NCBI GenBank assembly: GCA_029288775.1
Contig: JARIGQ010000001.1
Span: 29,044-93,043 of the forward strand
DNA: 64,000 nt
Direction of reading: 5' to 3'
Source of the DNA: Candidatus Nomurabacteria bacterium
GTDB lineage: Bacteria > Patescibacteriota > Minisyncoccia > Phycocordibacterales > UBA5272
Positions 62,291 through 64,000 of the stretch are shown here, in pieces. The position numbers and the translations under genes are program-made. Each line of letters opens with the position of its first letter. Position 1 is the stretch's first letter. The notes under the pieces are model-generated. The model was given only the letters and a program-made list of their open reading frames with translations, ran no database searches and was not told the DNA's origin.

Positions 62291-63574
62291 ATGATTCTCA
62301 GAAACTCAGCAATTCTTGCTTTTTTTTCCATACTCTCACTTCTTCTTGGTGTTTTACGAGACCGCCTGCTTGCTACCATTGTAGGCGTAGGACCGGTGCT
62401 TGATGTGTATAATGCTGCTTTCCGTATCCCCGATCTCGTCTATGGAATTCTTCTGTCGTTTGTCTCAGCGGCAATTGTTGTGCCATTCATCACAAGTGAA
62501 GTGCATGCCTCCGATCATGATGGACTGGAGAAGAAGATGAATTCGCTTTTGTTTTTCTTTGCTGGAACGCAGATCGTTTTGCTTTCGCTTATGGCGATAG
62601 TGCTTCCGTATGTTACGCAGTATATTGTGCCTGGGTTTGATGCTTCTCAAACCACGCTCTATGTCACTGCAACGCGACTTCTTCTTATTCAGCCGCTTCT
62701 TCTTGGCATTTCCATGCTCATTTCCTGCATTGCTCAGGTCAAGCATAAGTTTGTATTGTATTCTGTTGCACCTCTTTTATATACAGCGTGCATCATCATT
62801 TCCATTCCATTTCTATATCCAACATACGGACTCCTCGGAATTATTGGAGGGGTGGTTATTGGAGCCATTATACATTTTACGGTCCAGTCATATACATGGA
62901 TCACTTCGGGTATGGTACTCAACTCTTCCAAGTTTTCCTGGAGTATTGTGCGAGAGCATCTTCACTTTGCTATTCCTCGTTCAGGTTCCCATATTACGGG
63001 GCAAGTGCGAAATCTTATTTTTGCTACGGTAGCTACCAGTATGGGGGTAGGGGTGCTCTCCATATATGTATTTGCACAACGCATTATCGATGCCTTCATT
63101 CAGGTGTTAGTGCAGAGTGTTTCAAGCGCTTCTGTTCCCATTTTAGCCAAGCACCATGCGCATAATGAAGAAAAAGAATATTCTACGGTTCTTTTGAAGG
63201 TAATTGGAGGTATCGTTGGTCTTTCCTTTGTAATGCAAATTGCGAGCCTCTTGTTCGGAAATTTCATTGTCACGACGCTCTATGGTCATAGCGCTTTTAG
63301 GGGGGATATTGAACACCTTTTTATTCTTTTGGTTTGGTCCTTGCCGCTATATGCAATCAATAGTTATTTGGCAAATGCTTTTTCCGGGAGAGATACACGA
63401 AGTCTTTTTTATGCAAATTTTATGGCAACGCTCTTCACTATTGCAGTGTTATATCTTACCGCCAAAGAGGGGATTGTTGCTTTTGCTTATGCAACGTGGA
63501 CACTCGGTATAAGCTATCTCTTGCTCATTCTGTATTTCTATAGTAGAAAGAGGAGACTTTCGAGTGCGTCTTAA
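62291..63574 (+). CDS. murJ: Lipid II flippase MurJ (MviN)
   Basis: [20 protein letters not shown], multiple TMs. Confidence 0.88.
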   Translation: MILRNSAILAFFSILSLLLGVLRDRLLATIVGVGPVLDVYNAAFRIPDLVYGILLSFVSAAIVVPFITSEVHASDHDGLEKKMNSLLFFFAGTQIVLLSLMAIVLPYVTQYIVPGFDASQTTLYVTATRLLLIQPLLLGISMLISCIAQVKHKFVLYSVAPLLYTACIIISIPFLYPTYGLLGIIGGVVIGAIIHFTVQSYTWITSGMVLNSSKFSWSIVREHLHFAIPRSGSHITGQVRNLIFATVATSMGVGVLSIYVFAQRIIDAFIQVLVQSVSSASVPILAKHHAHNEEKEYSTVLLKVIGGIVGLSFVMQIASLLFGNFIVTTLYGHSAFRGDIEHLFILLVWSLPLYAINSYLANAFSGRDTRSLFYANFMATLFTIAVLYLTAKEGIVAFAYATWTLGISYLLLILYFYSRKRRLSSAS

Positions 63575-63578
63575 GAGT

Positions 63579-64000
63579 ATGAATATCCGCAATTTCTCCA
63601 TTATCGCCCATATTGACCATGGTAAATCAACGCTTGCCGACCGCATGCTTGAAATGACGCAGACGGTGGACAAGCGTCACATGAAAGAGCAAGTGCTTGA
63701 TAGCATGGAACTTGAACGTGAGCGCGGCATTACCATCAAAATGACTCCCGTGCGCATGCAGTACAAAAGTGAAGCCGGTGAGGACTTTATTTTAAACCTG
63801 ATCGACACCCCTGGACATATTGATTTTTCTTATGAAGTGTCACGTTCGCTTCGCGCGGTGGAAGGGGCGATACTCCTTGTAGATGCGACGCAGGGTGTGC
63901 AAGCACAAACGATGACCACGCTTGAAATGGCACAGGCTGCTGGACTTACTATCATTCCGGTGGTGAATAAAATTGACAGTCCGCTTGCCCGTGCAGAGGA
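63579..64000 (+). CDS. lepA: Elongation factor 4 LepA, 3'-truncated
   Basis: [47 protein letters not shown]; absent from the ORF track because it runs off the window. Confidence 0.95.
   Translation, partial: MNIRNFSIIAHIDHGKSTLADRMLEMTQTVDKRHMKEQVLDSMELERERGITIKMTPVRMQYKSEAGEDFILNLIDTPGHIDFSYEVSRSLRAVEGAILLVDATQGVQAQTMTTLEMAQAAGLTIIPVVNKIDSPLARAE

Overview
Core-chromosome window that looks like a Patescibacteria (CPR, probably Parcubacteria) genome. This is inferred from gene content: short EF-Ts and PheS, a VirD4-like ATPase, a very large PG-binding surface protein, and an unlinked, intron-bearing 23S rRNA. Most of the window is housekeeping (adk, map, efp, recA, ftsK, rplJL, rplY, rpmE, prfA, rpsB-tsf, pheST, gyrB, thrS, typA, lepA) plus cell-envelope genes. 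The most unusual content is RNA-level and is invisible in the ORF track. The 23S-tRNA-5S unit has no 16S gene. Its 23S carries a ~460-nt stem-closed, highly structured, ORF-less insertion, a ~90-nt expansion and two ORF-less group I introns (sites equivalent to E. coli 1931 and 2500). It is followed by a tRNA-Ala whose anticodon is split by an exactly 100-nt structured insert that fits no intron class I recognise. The window also has a compact RNase P RNA and a candidate sRNA. At protein level, PheT carries an NlpC/P60 peptidase domain inserted in its B5 domain, within a neighbourhood encoding an RsiV-like protein, a C39 peptidase, an ATE/Bpt-like aminoacyl-tRNA transferase, an Mpl-like ligase and a PgeF-like protein. 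This is a possible tRNA-linked peptidoglycan-peptide salvage or editing module. All coordinates and pairings were derived by eye; no searches or folding programs were run.
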